Source of the DNA: an uncultured Pelagibacteraceae bacterium
Lineage (GTDB): Bacteria > Pseudomonadota > Alphaproteobacteria > Pelagibacterales > Pelagibacteraceae
Assembly: GCA_902570505.1 (NCBI GenBank)
Contig: CACFYR010000002.1
Coordinates: forward strand, 1,540-65,539
Reading direction: 5' to 3'
DNA length: 64,000 nucleotides
Notes under the pieces: model-generated
Told to the model about the DNA's origin: nothing
The model's database searches: none
The model's input: only the letters and a program-made list of their open reading frames with translations
Made by a program: the position numbers and the translations under genes
Shown here: one piece after another, positions 19,295 through 28,610 of the stretch
Position numbering within the stretch: position 1 is the stretch's first letter
Layout of the letters: each line of letters opens with the position of its first letter

Positions 19295-20002
19295 TTATAC
19301 TCCAAGAAATGACCTTCTTACCTCAGGATCATTTAACAAATCTTCACCTGATCCCTCAAATTTATTTTGTCCTGTTACTAAAACATATCCTCTATCTGAA
19401 ATTGATAGAGCTTGTTTAGCATTCTGCTCTACCATTATGACGGCAACATTTGTTTTTTTTATCTTTATAATGTGTTCAAAAAGCTCATCCATAACAATTG
19501 GCGAAACTCCAGCAGTAGGCTCGTCTAGCATAAGCACAGAAGGCTTAATCATTAAAGCCCTCCCAAGAGCAACTTGTTGTCTCTGACCACCAGATAACTC
19601 ACCGACAATTTGTGATTTCTTTTCTGATAATATTGGAAAAAGTTCGTAAATTTCACTTATTACACTTTGGATATCATCTTCTCTCAAGAAAGCTCCAATT
19701 TCTAAATTTTCTTGAACTGTTAATTCTGCAAAAACGTTTTTTGTTTGAGGAACAAAAGATATACCTTTTTTTACTCTATCTTGAGGTGATAATTTGGAAA
19801 TATCTTCATCATTTATTTTTACATAGCCAGACTTTAATTTTAAAAGCCCCAATAACGATTTCATTGCTGTAGATTTGCCTGCTCCATTTGGGCCAAGAAT
19901 TGCAACTATTTCACCTCTGTTAACATTTAAGCTACAGGAAGTGATAATATCTGGACCATCTCCGTATCCAGCTGTCATTTTGTTTCCTTCAAAAAATGCC
20001 AT
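19295..20002 (-). CDS. livF: LivF-type ABC ATPase
   Basis: GPNGAGKST, LSGGQRQ, LDEPTAG, VEQNA. Confidence 0.9.
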   Translation of the reverse strand: MAFFEGNKMTAGYGDGPDIITSCSLNVNRGEIVAILGPNGAGKSTAMKSLLGLLKLKSGYVKINDEDISKLSPQDRVKKGISFVPQTKNVFAELTVQENLEIGAFLREDDIQSVISEIYELFPILSEKKSQIVGELSGGQRQQVALGRALMIKPSVLMLDEPTAGVSPIVMDELFEHIIKIKKTNVAVIMVEQNAKQALSISDRGYVLVTGQNKFEGSGEDLLNDPEVRRSFLGV

Positions 20003-20010
20003 ATTTAAAA

Positions 20011-20790
20011 TTAATTATTTTTATTTGATCTTCCTAGGTAGCTTTCAATTACTAGTTCATTATTTTTTACTTCTTCAGGTGTTCCTTGAAATAATACTGA
20101 GCCCTCTGATAAAACAATTACTGGATTACACATTCTGCTAATAAAATCCATATCGTGTTCAATCATACAAAAAGTGTAACCTTTTTCTTTATTTAATCTT
20201 AGAATTGCAGTTCCTAAATCTTTAAGTAATGTTCTGTTAACACCAGCACCAACTTCGTCTAAAAGAACAAGTTTTGACTCAACCATCATAGTTCTACCAA
20301 GTTCTAAAAGTTTTTTTTGACCACCAGATAAGTTTCCAGCTAGCTCATTAGCCAAGTGTTTTAAATTTAAAAATTCGATTACCTCATATGCCTTATTTCT
20401 AATTTCATCTTCCTCAGATTTAAATTTTTTTCTTAAAAATAGTGCATTTATTAAATTTTCTCCTGATTGATTTGATGGAACCATCATTAGATTTTCAAGT
20501 ACTGTAAGGTTAGTAAATTCATGAGCAATCTGGAAGGTTCTCAAAATTCCCATTGAAAATAACTCATGTGATGGAAGTCCAGTTATATTTTTATTATTAA
20601 ACATTACCTTACCCTTAGATGATTCCAAGTTTCCAGCAATTAAATTAAACAAAGTCGACTTACCAGAACCATTTGGGCCAATAATACCTGTGATGGTCCC
20701 TTTTTTTACTTTGAGTGAACAATCTGAAACTGCTGCTAATCCTCCAAAATATTTTGATAAATTATAAATCTCTAAAATATTTTCAGACAT
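20011..20790 (-). CDS. livG: LivG-type ABC ATPase
   Basis: FGGLAAV, GPNGSGKST, LSGGQKK, IEHDM, VIESYLG. Confidence 0.9.
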   Translation of the reverse strand: MSENILEIYNLSKYFGGLAAVSDCSLKVKKGTITGIIGPNGSGKSTLFNLIAGNLESSKGKVMFNNKNITGLPSHELFSMGILRTFQIAHEFTNLTVLENLMMVPSNQSGENLINALFLRKKFKSEEDEIRNKAYEVIEFLNLKHLANELAGNLSGGQKKLLELGRTMMVESKLVLLDEVGAGVNRTLLKDLGTAILRLNKEKGYTFCMIEHDMDFISRMCNPVIVLSEGSVLFQGTPEEVKNNELVIESYLGRSNKNN

Positions 20791-20793
20791 TAA

Positions 20794-21561
20794 TTATTTA
20801 TTTAGTCTTTTGTTGATACTATTTAAAGTATTAATTATAGATTTATATACCTTTTTTTTAGTCATTTCTTTTAAACCCTGTTCGTTTAGCCCTTTAGGTG
20901 TTTGAGATTCTTTTACTAACATTTTTAAATCTTTATGAGAATTTACGGCTGCATCTTTTGAAAGTGCTAAAAATAATGAAGTTACATATTTTTGTGCATC
21001 AGATTTTCTTATACCGCTTTTTGTTAACCATATACTTATAGTTTTTAACATTTCATAATATGAAGCCATCATTCCTGAAATTGACCAGAAATTAATTGAT
21101 AATTTTTCATTCTTAATTTCAATTGATTTTCCTAATTGATCAAAGAATTTTCTTACTTTTTTGTTTGGTGGGAATAATGGTACTGGCCCTTCTCTTAAAG
21201 AGATTGGTGGTAATGGAATTGCTCTAACAATTTTTGCTTTAACCCTAATATCATTTTTTAAATCTTTTAAATTTATTGATGATATGAAACTAATTATAGT
21301 TTGTTCTGGTCTAAAATTTAATTTTTTTATTATCTTTTTACCAACCTCTGGTGTTATAGATAAAAAAACCCAATTACTCTTATCAACAATTTCTTGATTT
21401 TTTTTTAATATAAAGACTTTTTTATTATTTTTTTTTAATCTACTAGATATTTTTCTGTTTCTCTCAGATATTAAAATCTTATTGTAATTGATATTTGATT
21501 TACAAATTCCTTTAATGACTGAAGACGCTATTTTTCCGGTACCGATAAAGCCAAGTATCAT
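20794..21561 (-). CDS. proC: Pyrroline-5-carboxylate reductase
   Basis: GFIGTGKIA Rossmann motif, RAIP, SQTPKGLNEQG. Confidence 0.8.
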   Translation of the reverse strand: MILGFIGTGKIASSVIKGICKSNINYNKILISERNRKISSRLKKNNKKVFILKKNQEIVDKSNWVFLSITPEVGKKIIKKLNFRPEQTIISFISSINLKDLKNDIRVKAKIVRAIPLPPISLREGPVPLFPPNKKVRKFFDQLGKSIEIKNEKLSINFWSISGMMASYYEMLKTISIWLTKSGIRKSDAQKYVTSLFLALSKDAAVNSHKDLKMLVKESQTPKGLNEQGLKEMTKKKVYKSIINTLNSINKRLNK

Positions 21562-21598
21562 TTTTAAGATAATAAATATATTAAAATTTCAATCTATA

Positions 21599-21636
21599 AA
21601 AAAAAAGACCGATACCTTATAAAGGTATCGGTCTTT
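21599..21636 (-). terminator. Rho-independent terminator of the outer-membrane protein gene
   Basis: AAAGACCGATACCTT-ata-AAGGTATCGGTCTTT perfect stem with a long T tract on the minus strand. Confidence 0.9.
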
Positions 21637-21665
21637 AATATTTTAAAATATATTTTTATAATTTA

Positions 21666-22379
21666 TTAGCCACCAAATGTGTAAGTTAGAGCAATTTTAC
21701 CGTTTAAACCCTCTAAGTTACTAGCATCAACTTGGTTTCTACCACCGTTCGCAACAGTAGCTCCAGATGCTGAAACACCGTTACTTGTAGATACATCATC
21801 AAGTGACATATAGCTTCCTTCAACCCTCAGTGCTACACCTGCGTCTCCTAATGGTCTGCTGTAACCAATACCTGCTATTGTACCTTCAGTGCCTACGTTA
21901 GCATAAGTTGATCCAGATGCCATTGTCTCTTTAATGTCTAGATTAACATCTACATAACCATATTTTAGGTACATACCACCTGGTAGATTAAATTTTAAAT
22001 ATGCAATATTTAAATCGTTAAAATCTACAGATACTGTTGTAGTTCCTGCTGTAGAGTTTCCATCAGCTTGAACTGTTCTTCTGTTTTCAGGAGTTGAAAT
22101 TGGGTCTGGAGAATGTTCAAAACCTAATGAAACAAACTCACCCATATTTAATTCACCGAAAATTGATTGATGATCCTCTGTAAATACACCCGACTCTTTG
22201 TTAACGGTTCTAATTACATTAGACTCGTCCCTGTTTGTCTCTTTTGCTGAAGCACCGTAAACTGCACTGTTCAAAGCAACACCACCGGTCACTGATACTG
22301 AGTCTAAGCCAAGGTCCATAGCTTTTACAGGAAAAGATACAAGAGCAACCATCGATATAATAGTTAATATTCTTCTCAT
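21666..22379 (-). CDS. Putative outer-membrane beta-barrel protein
   Basis: Signal peptide (..PVKA), alternating amphipathic strands, C-terminal KIALTYTF; AAGGA RBS; own strong terminator. Confidence 0.7.
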   Translation of the reverse strand: MRRILTIISMVALVSFPVKAMDLGLDSVSVTGGVALNSAVYGASAKETNRDESNVIRTVNKESGVFTEDHQSIFGELNMGEFVSLGFEHSPDPISTPENRRTVQADGNSTAGTTTVSVDFNDLNIAYLKFNLPGGMYLKYGYVDVNLDIKETMASGSTYANVGTEGTIAGIGYSRPLGDAGVALRVEGSYMSLDDVSTSNGVSASGATVANGGRNQVDASNLEGLNGKIALTYTFGG

Positions 22380-22574
22380 TGTTGTTATCCTTATATTAAT
22401 ATTAATTTTTAATTAAAAATTATGTTTTAATATCATTAAATCGTGCTTTATCTCCATATAAAAATTGGCTTAAATCAATAAAAACAAATACCGTGTTATA
22501 ATTGCAACAATAAAAATATTGATAATTGTGGTTAATTTAACTTTTAAACTTTAAGTTGAGTTTGTTACTTTTTT

Positions 22575-22630
22575 ATGAAGAAGATAGTCCTAGAAACCGG
22601 GAGCTAAAAAATGGCTAAATAGGACTATCA
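22575..22630 (-). ncRNA. Candidate small hairpin RNA with an anti-SD/anti-start-codon loop
   Basis: Perfect 10-bp stem GATAGTCCTA (22583-22592) / TAGGACTATC (22620-22629) with a 27-nt loop; minus-strand ATGCAA-N17-TATAAA promoter-like element just upstream. Strand is inferred. Confidence 0.45.
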
Positions 22631-22675
22631 AATTATTTATATCACAAATAGAATCATTTTGCATCAAAATTTTAT

Positions 22676-22966
22676 ATGAAAAAAAGCCCCAGACCAGAGA
22701 CAAAAACCAGGAATCCAGAGCCAAATATTAGATCTAAGGATTGGATAATATGGGCGGCCTGGGCTGATAGGATAACTTTTGAAGAAATAAGAGATAAAAC
22801 AGGATACTCAGAAAATGATGTAATTAAGTTAATGAGAAATTCTCTAAAACCATCTTCATTCAAACTATGGAGAAAAAGGGCAAAATGTCAAAGCATTAAA
22901 CACAGAAAAAAATTTGAAATTTCAAGGAAACTCATAAAAAAAAAAGTTAATAAATTCGAATATTAA
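22676..22966 (+). CDS. TIGR03643 / DUF2805-family small protein
   Basis: IIWAAWADRITFEEI...SENDVIKLMRNSLKPSSFKLWRKR pattern. Confidence 0.8.
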   Translation: MKKSPRPETKTRNPEPNIRSKDWIIWAAWADRITFEEIRDKTGYSENDVIKLMRNSLKPSSFKLWRKRAKCQSIKHRKKFEISRKLIKKKVNKFEY

Positions 22967-23002
22967 TTTTGGAATTTTATAAAAAGTGCTTATATCTATT
23001 TT

Positions 23003-23257
23003 ATGAAAAAAATTTTAATGTATTCAGGTCCAATGTGCAATTTTTGCGAAGCTGCAAAAAGGTTATTAAACAGAAATAATCTTAAATATAACATTATAGA
23101 TATTTCGGAGGGAGCAGATATAAGAGATGAAATGATAAAAAAATCAAATGGGAAAAGAACTATTCCACAAATTTTTTTTGATGATTATCATGTTGGCGGC
23201 TACGTTGAATTAAGGGAATTAGAAAAAAACGGAACATTAAAAGGCTTACTTGAGTAG
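23003..23257 (+). CDS. grxC: Glutaredoxin 3
   Basis: CNFC active site, RTIPQIF, HVGG. Confidence 0.9.
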   Translation: MKKILMYSGPMCNFCEAAKRLLNRNNLKYNIIDISEGADIRDEMIKKSNGKRTIPQIFFDDYHVGGYVELRELEKNGTLKGLLE

Positions 23258-23258
23258 T

Positions 23259-23627
23259 CTACTTTGGTTTAAAAACTAAACATACTCCATTATTACAATA
23301 TCTTTTTCCAGTGGGTTTTGGTCCATCATCAAAAATATGACCGTGGTGCCCTCCACATTTTTTGCAATGATATTCTACTCTGGCATATCCAATATGGTAA
23401 TCAGTTTTAGTTTCAAAAACATCTGGTAAGGCTTCGAAAAATGATGGCCAACCAGAGCCACTTTCATATTTTCTTGAAGACTCGAACAATTTAGTATCGC
23501 AATTCACACAATGATAACTTCCATTTCTTTTTTCATGGTTCAACTCACTAGATCCAGCTCTCTCTGTTCCTTCTTCAAAAAGAATTAACTTTTGCTCTGC
23601 AGATAGGTTTTTATTTTTTTCTTTCAT
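23259..23627 (-). CDS. msrB: Peptide-methionine (R)-S-oxide reductase
   Basis: GTERA, CVNC, KYESGSGWPSF, CKKCGGHHGHIFDDGP, RYCNN. Confidence 0.95.
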   Translation of the reverse strand: MKEKNKNLSAEQKLILFEEGTERAGSSELNHEKRNGSYHCVNCDTKLFESSRKYESGSGWPSFFEALPDVFETKTDYHIGYARVEYHCKKCGGHHGHIFDDGPKPTGKRYCNNGVCLVFKPK

Positions 23628-23649
23628 TAAATAATTTTTTTATTCACCG

Positions 23650-24885
23650 TTAAGCAAATCTAAGAGAGCTGTATGGTTTTAAATCTAGATTGGTATTTTC
23701 TTCTGCTATCATGTTGGAAATTATCTTTCCAGATATTGCTCCTAATGTCCAACCTAAATGGTGGTGCCCGAAACAATAATAAACACTATTATAATTTTTT
23801 GATGGTCCTATAATTGGAAGGAAGTCAGGCAAAGTTGGTCTAAAACCTAACCACTCATCTTTATGTTCTGGTAATCCATCAAGCATTTCTTTAGCATTTA
23901 AAATTAAATTTTTAATTCTGTTTTTTGATAAAGGGTTTTTTAAACCTCCAAACTCTACCGTTCCTACCACCCTTAAACCCTGCTCCATTGGTGTCATTCC
24001 AAAACCCCTATTAGAATATACTATAGGTCGTGATATTAGATAATCAAAACCCTTAAAGTGAATATGATACCCTCTTTCAGTATCCAATGGGATATTTTCA
24101 TGGAGCTTATCCGTTAATTTTTTTGAAAATGCCCCACAAGCTATTACGATTTTATCAAATATAAATCTTTGGGTTTCAGATCTTAAAACTGGTTTATTTT
24201 CATCAAAGTCAAGATTATTAATATTTGTTTTTAAAAATTTACCGCCTTTATTTATAAAATTTTCAAAGAGTTTTACTAATATTTTTTTTGGATTTCTTGC
24301 ATGTCTTGCATAATCATAAAAAACACCGCCATGGTAAAAATGTTTTAAATTTGGTTCTAAATCGTGAATATCTTTTTTTGATAACACTTGTTGTTTAACA
24401 CCCAAATCATTTCTAATTTTAATCTCTAGTTCTCTGCTTTTTAAATTTTGATTGTTCCAAACATATAAAATGCCGTTATTTTCTATTAAGTTATCTATAT
24501 TTATATCTTCGAAAAGCTCATCAAATGCTGGCAATGCTAAATCCAAAATTTGATGCATATACTTTGCGGTATGCATCATTTTATTTTCTGAGCAATTTTT
24601 TAAAAACTTAAAAAACCAAGGCAGCATTTTTGGCACATAATTCCATTTAAGTGCTAAAGGTCCTCTGGAACTTATTAACATTGATGGAATATCTGTGACA
24701 ACATCTGGTCTATTTAAAGGTACAGATGCGTATGGTGAAAAATGTCCTGCATTCCCGTAGGACGCAGCGTTACCTGGCTCATCTCTATCAAACAAAATAA
24801 CTTCAAAACCTTTTTTTTGCAGAAATAGTGCGTTACAAACACCTTGAATACCCGCTCCGACAATACCAATTTTTAATTTTGACAT
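23650..24885 (-). CDS. dadA: D-amino acid dehydrogenase-like FAD oxidoreductase
   Basis: GAGIQG, ASYGNAG, ERGYH, WLGFRPTLPD, FGHHHLGWT. Confidence 0.8.
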   Translation of the reverse strand: MSKLKIGIVGAGIQGVCNALFLQKKGFEVILFDRDEPGNAASYGNAGHFSPYASVPLNRPDVVTDIPSMLISSRGPLALKWNYVPKMLPWFFKFLKNCSENKMMHTAKYMHQILDLALPAFDELFEDINIDNLIENNGILYVWNNQNLKSRELEIKIRNDLGVKQQVLSKKDIHDLEPNLKHFYHGGVFYDYARHARNPKKILVKLFENFINKGGKFLKTNINNLDFDENKPVLRSETQRFIFDKIVIACGAFSKKLTDKLHENIPLDTERGYHIHFKGFDYLISRPIVYSNRGFGMTPMEQGLRVVGTVEFGGLKNPLSKNRIKNLILNAKEMLDGLPEHKDEWLGFRPTLPDFLPIIGPSKNYNSVYYCFGHHHLGWTLGAISGKIISNMIAEENTNLDLKPYSSLRFA

Positions 24886-25007
24886 AGCTTATATTACAAA
24901 ATTTATTGCAAAAAATTAGGGTGACAAAATATCTTAAGTAATTTTTATTAACCTTGGTTTTTGTTTATTGAGTATTTTTAAGCTATGAAATCTTATTTGA
25001 AAGATGA

Positions 25008-26132
25008 TTACGATATTTGTTCCCTGCTATAAATTTTGCTGCTCATAACTATACCAAATCCTATCATCGTAGCTAACATTGATGATCCTCCATAGGACAT
25101 TATTGGTAGTGGGGATCCCACAATAGGTAGCAATCCTAAAACCATCGACATATTAACAGCAATATATAGAAATATTGCTGAGCCAAATCCATAACAGAAT
25201 ATCTTTGAAAAAAAACTTCTCGATAATGAGCCAATTCGTATAACTCGGAATATTAATATTGCATATAAGATTAACAATATTAAAGAACCTAGAAAACCAA
25301 ATTCTTCAGAATAAAGTGTAAAAATAAAATCTGTATGTTTCTCAGGTAAAAATTCTAAATATCCTTGGGTACCTTTTAAAAAACCTTTTCCTGTTAATCC
25401 ACCTGATCCAACGGCAATTTTAGATTGTATAATTTGATAACCAGCTCCTAATGGATCTTTATCTGGGTCAAAAAAAGTTAAAATTCTTAATTTCTGATAA
25501 GGTTTTAAAAATGAAATTATAAATGGTGCTGAAATAATAAACAAAATAAATGAATAAAAGAAATATTTTATATTAACACCAGATAACCATAAAACAATTA
25601 TCCCGCTTAAAGCTATTAGTATAGATGTACCGAGATCTGGTTGGGATATAACTAAAAATGTTGGAAGAATTAATACAATTATTGGAACTAATATATTTGT
25701 TATTTTACTTACATTCTGTATCTGTGCTCTATGATAATATTTTGCAAAACAAGCAATAATTGCTATTTTCATAAGTTCTGACGGTTGCAAATTTATAAAA
25801 TATAAATTGATCCATCTTTGTGATCCTGATGCTGTTATTCCATAAAATGAAGCCCAAACCAATAACAATAAAGTAACAAAGTAAAATATGTAAGAAAGAT
25901 TATGCCAAATTCTAATATTAATAAACGAAATTATAATCATCATAGTAAAAAAAATACAGAATCTTAAAGTATGATTTTTAGTATGATAAAGAATTTCTCC
26001 ACCGTCCGTAGAATACATCGAAAGAATTCCAATTATTCCGATTAACATTATACATGTTAGCAATGTGTAGTCAAAAGATCTTAATTTTTGAAAAAAAGTT
26101 AATTGATTAGTAAATGTAATGCTATCTTTCAT
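25008..26132 (-). CDS. rodA: Rod shape-determining protein RodA
   Basis: GSQRW, QPSE, QPDLGT, LPEKHTDF, SYGGSS; downstream of mrdA. Confidence 0.95.
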   Translation of the reverse strand: MKDSITFTNQLTFFQKLRSFDYTLLTCIMLIGIIGILSMYSTDGGEILYHTKNHTLRFCIFFTMMIIISFINIRIWHNLSYIFYFVTLLLLVWASFYGITASGSQRWINLYFINLQPSELMKIAIIACFAKYYHRAQIQNVSKITNILVPIIVLILPTFLVISQPDLGTSILIALSGIIVLWLSGVNIKYFFYSFILFIISAPFIISFLKPYQKLRILTFFDPDKDPLGAGYQIIQSKIAVGSGGLTGKGFLKGTQGYLEFLPEKHTDFIFTLYSEEFGFLGSLILLILYAILIFRVIRIGSLSRSFFSKIFCYGFGSAIFLYIAVNMSMVLGLLPIVGSPLPIMSYGGSSMLATMIGFGIVMSSKIYSREQIS

Positions 26133-26134
26133 TT

Positions 26135-28096
26135 TTAGATTAATGTTGTCTTTTTGTTTATTCGTTCTTGATGTCTATCAATTACAGCCTTCATCAATTT
26201 TTTTGCCAGTGGTGCAGCTGCTTTACTTCCTGATCCTCCATGTTCAACTAGTATACTCATTGCATACCTTGGATTTTTGTATGGACCGAAAGCAATAAAC
26301 CATGCATGATCTCTATTCCTGTAAGGAATTTGAGATATGTCTAAATCTAACTCTCTCTCTTCCTCTGTTATTCTTTTTACCTGAGAAGTTCCAGTTTTTC
26401 CTGCAAACTGATATTTTGGATCTTCAATTCTTGATGAATATGCAGTGCCGTATATTTCATTTGTAGATTTAAACATTGCATCTAAAACAAATTTTACATT
26501 TTCAGGGTTTCTGTATAAGGGTTCATATTCTTTTATTCCTGGTTTTAAAAATTCTTCAGTAGCTTTAATTAATGCGTTATCCTTTTTTTTTGCATCTAGC
26601 TCATTTTCTCTCATTATTTGTCTAATTTTTTCGTAAGAGTTTTGATTTTCGTCTACTCTAAGTTTAGGATAAATTTTATAACCACCATTAGCGAGTTGAG
26701 CAGTCATTAAACACAATTGTAATGGATTTGTTTGAATATATCCCTGACCTATACCAGTTATAAAAGTTTCGCCTAAATACCAATTTTGACCAAGGTTTTC
26801 TTTTTTCCATTTTGTAGATGGAACAATTCCTTTTTTCTCATTTAAAAAATATTGGCCAAGAACCTGTTTACCTAAACCAAATTTTTCTGCAGTTAAATTT
26901 AGTCTATCAACTCCAAGTAATCTTGCTAATTCATAAAAGTAAATATCACAAGATTGTTTAATAGCATTTTTTAAACTCATAACACCATGTCCCTTTTTTT
27001 TCCAACAATGGTATTTTTGATCGTACATCTCAACTTTTCCTCTACACTCAACTCTCATATTTGCTCTAATTACATCGTTTTCAAGTGCTGAGAGCGCAAC
27101 TATTGGTTTGATAGTTGAGCCAGGTGAATAAAGGCCAGATAAAGTTTTATTTACAAGCGGCTTTAAAGGATCCTTTTTAATTTGGTTCCATAAATTATTA
27201 TCTATTCCATATAAAAATAAATTTGGATCAAATGATGGCGACGAATTCATTGCAATAATTTCACCAGTGTAAATATCCATTATACTTATAGAGCCAGCTT
27301 TATCTCTTAATAGTTCTGATGTAAGTTTTTGTATTTCAGTATCTATAGTTAAATTTATTGTTTTACCTTTATTTCCCTCTTTAAAATCAATTTGATTAAT
27401 TCTTTTTCCGAAAGCATTAACCTCGTACCTCTGTACTCCATTAGTGCCAATTAATTCTTTTTCGAAATTTTTTTCTAAACCAGACTTACCAACTCTTAAT
27501 CCAGGCACATTTCTATCTTTTATTATTTCATTATTTAAAATATCTTTACTACTAGCTTGAGAAACATAGCCTAATACATGTGTATAGACTTCCCCAAACG
27601 GGTAACTTCTACCTACTGATATGACCGGCTTTGCGCCAGGCAATTCATGAAGATGAAAATTTATTTTTGAAAATTGACCCCATGATAAATTTTCAGAAAC
27701 TACTAAAGTCTCCCAAGGTTTTTGAGAATTTTTTTGTTTAACTAATTTTGATAATTTTTCGTTATCAAAATTTAGTATATCTTTTAATCTAACTATTAAC
27801 CTTCTAAAATCTTCCACTTGCTCAGGGACTACATGTAATTGGTAAACCTTTAAATTTCCTGCTATTGTTTTTCCAAAATAATCTTTAAATTCACCACGAA
27901 CTGGTGGTAATCTAGTTTCTCTTAATCTATTTTTATCAGATAAAGTTAAATACTTTTTATTTTCGCTAATTTGCAGTGAGAAAAGTCTTCCAACAATTCC
28001 TAGGAATACAACTGCTTTTGCAGCAGAAAAAATAAACATTCTTCTATTAACAGTTTTTAATTTGTTAAATCCTAAACTTCGGTCATCATTAATCAT
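26135..28096 (-). CDS. mrdA: Penicillin-binding protein 2
   Basis: PGSTIK (SxxK), SCD, KTGT motifs; in the mre operon. Confidence 0.95.
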   Translation of the reverse strand: MINDDRSLGFNKLKTVNRRMFIFSAAKAVVFLGIVGRLFSLQISENKKYLTLSDKNRLRETRLPPVRGEFKDYFGKTIAGNLKVYQLHVVPEQVEDFRRLIVRLKDILNFDNEKLSKLVKQKNSQKPWETLVVSENLSWGQFSKINFHLHELPGAKPVISVGRSYPFGEVYTHVLGYVSQASSKDILNNEIIKDRNVPGLRVGKSGLEKNFEKELIGTNGVQRYEVNAFGKRINQIDFKEGNKGKTINLTIDTEIQKLTSELLRDKAGSISIMDIYTGEIIAMNSSPSFDPNLFLYGIDNNLWNQIKKDPLKPLVNKTLSGLYSPGSTIKPIVALSALENDVIRANMRVECRGKVEMYDQKYHCWKKKGHGVMSLKNAIKQSCDIYFYELARLLGVDRLNLTAEKFGLGKQVLGQYFLNEKKGIVPSTKWKKENLGQNWYLGETFITGIGQGYIQTNPLQLCLMTAQLANGGYKIYPKLRVDENQNSYEKIRQIMRENELDAKKKDNALIKATEEFLKPGIKEYEPLYRNPENVKFVLDAMFKSTNEIYGTAYSSRIEDPKYQFAGKTGTSQVKRITEEERELDLDISQIPYRNRDHAWFIAFGPYKNPRYAMSILVEHGGSGSKAAAPLAKKLMKAVIDRHQERINKKTTLI

Positions 28097-28610
28097 TTTT
28101 TACTCTTTTAAATACACTCTTATAATAAAATTCAAAAACATGATAAAATATATAATAAAATAGAAACGTAAAAAATATGTTACCAGTCAAATCATAATAA
28201 TTTACATCAACATTAAATATAGAGATTAATAGAAAATAGTTAATCGAAGTTGCTGCTAGGATAGTTAATAGGAAAAATAACCAGTCATTGATTATATTTG
28301 GTCTTAAAGTTATATTTCTTAAATATGCCGCAAATCCACAAATAATTAAGTAGGTAAGACCGCTTAAACCAATAGGATAACCAATAACTACATCATTGAA
28401 TAGTCCAGCAATAAAAATAAAACCATACCCTAAACTCTCGCTTTTTTTTAAACTCCAATAATAAATTAAAATAAAAGGGAAATTAAATGAAAAATATTTA
28501 TAATTTAAATAATTAAAATCAAATTCATTCAAAACAGAAATAAAAAGCAATAATAGTGGTGCAGACTCTAAAATGTTGTTAAAAATTGTTTTTTTACTTT
28601 CAACACTCAT
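28089..28610 (-). CDS. mreD: Rod shape-determining protein MreD
   Basis: Hydrophobic; GLFND..G..IG; located between mreC and mrdA. Confidence 0.8.
   Translation of the reverse strand: MSVESKKTIFNNILESAPLLLLFISVLNEFDFNYLNYKYFSFNFPFILIYYWSLKKSESLGYGFIFIAGLFNDVVIGYPIGLSGLTYLIICGFAAYLRNITLRPNIINDWLFFLLTILAATSINYFLLISIFNVDVNYYDLTGNIFFTFLFYYIFYHVFEFYYKSVFKRVKND

Noticed and set aside
22575-22607. 10-codon + strand ORF MKKIVLETGS overlapping the hairpin
   Set aside because: No RBS, and this length is expected by chance.
22583-22629. Possible SAM-II/SAM-V riboswitch (GCTAAAAA resembles their 3' end)
   Set aside because: The H-type pseudoknot pairing and 5' conserved residues are not evident, and no SAM/Met-related gene follows. 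Kept only as an unknown hairpin.
24886-25007. Structured RNA or small ORF between rodA and dadA
   Set aside because: Only weak AU-rich pairing and no convincing ORF.
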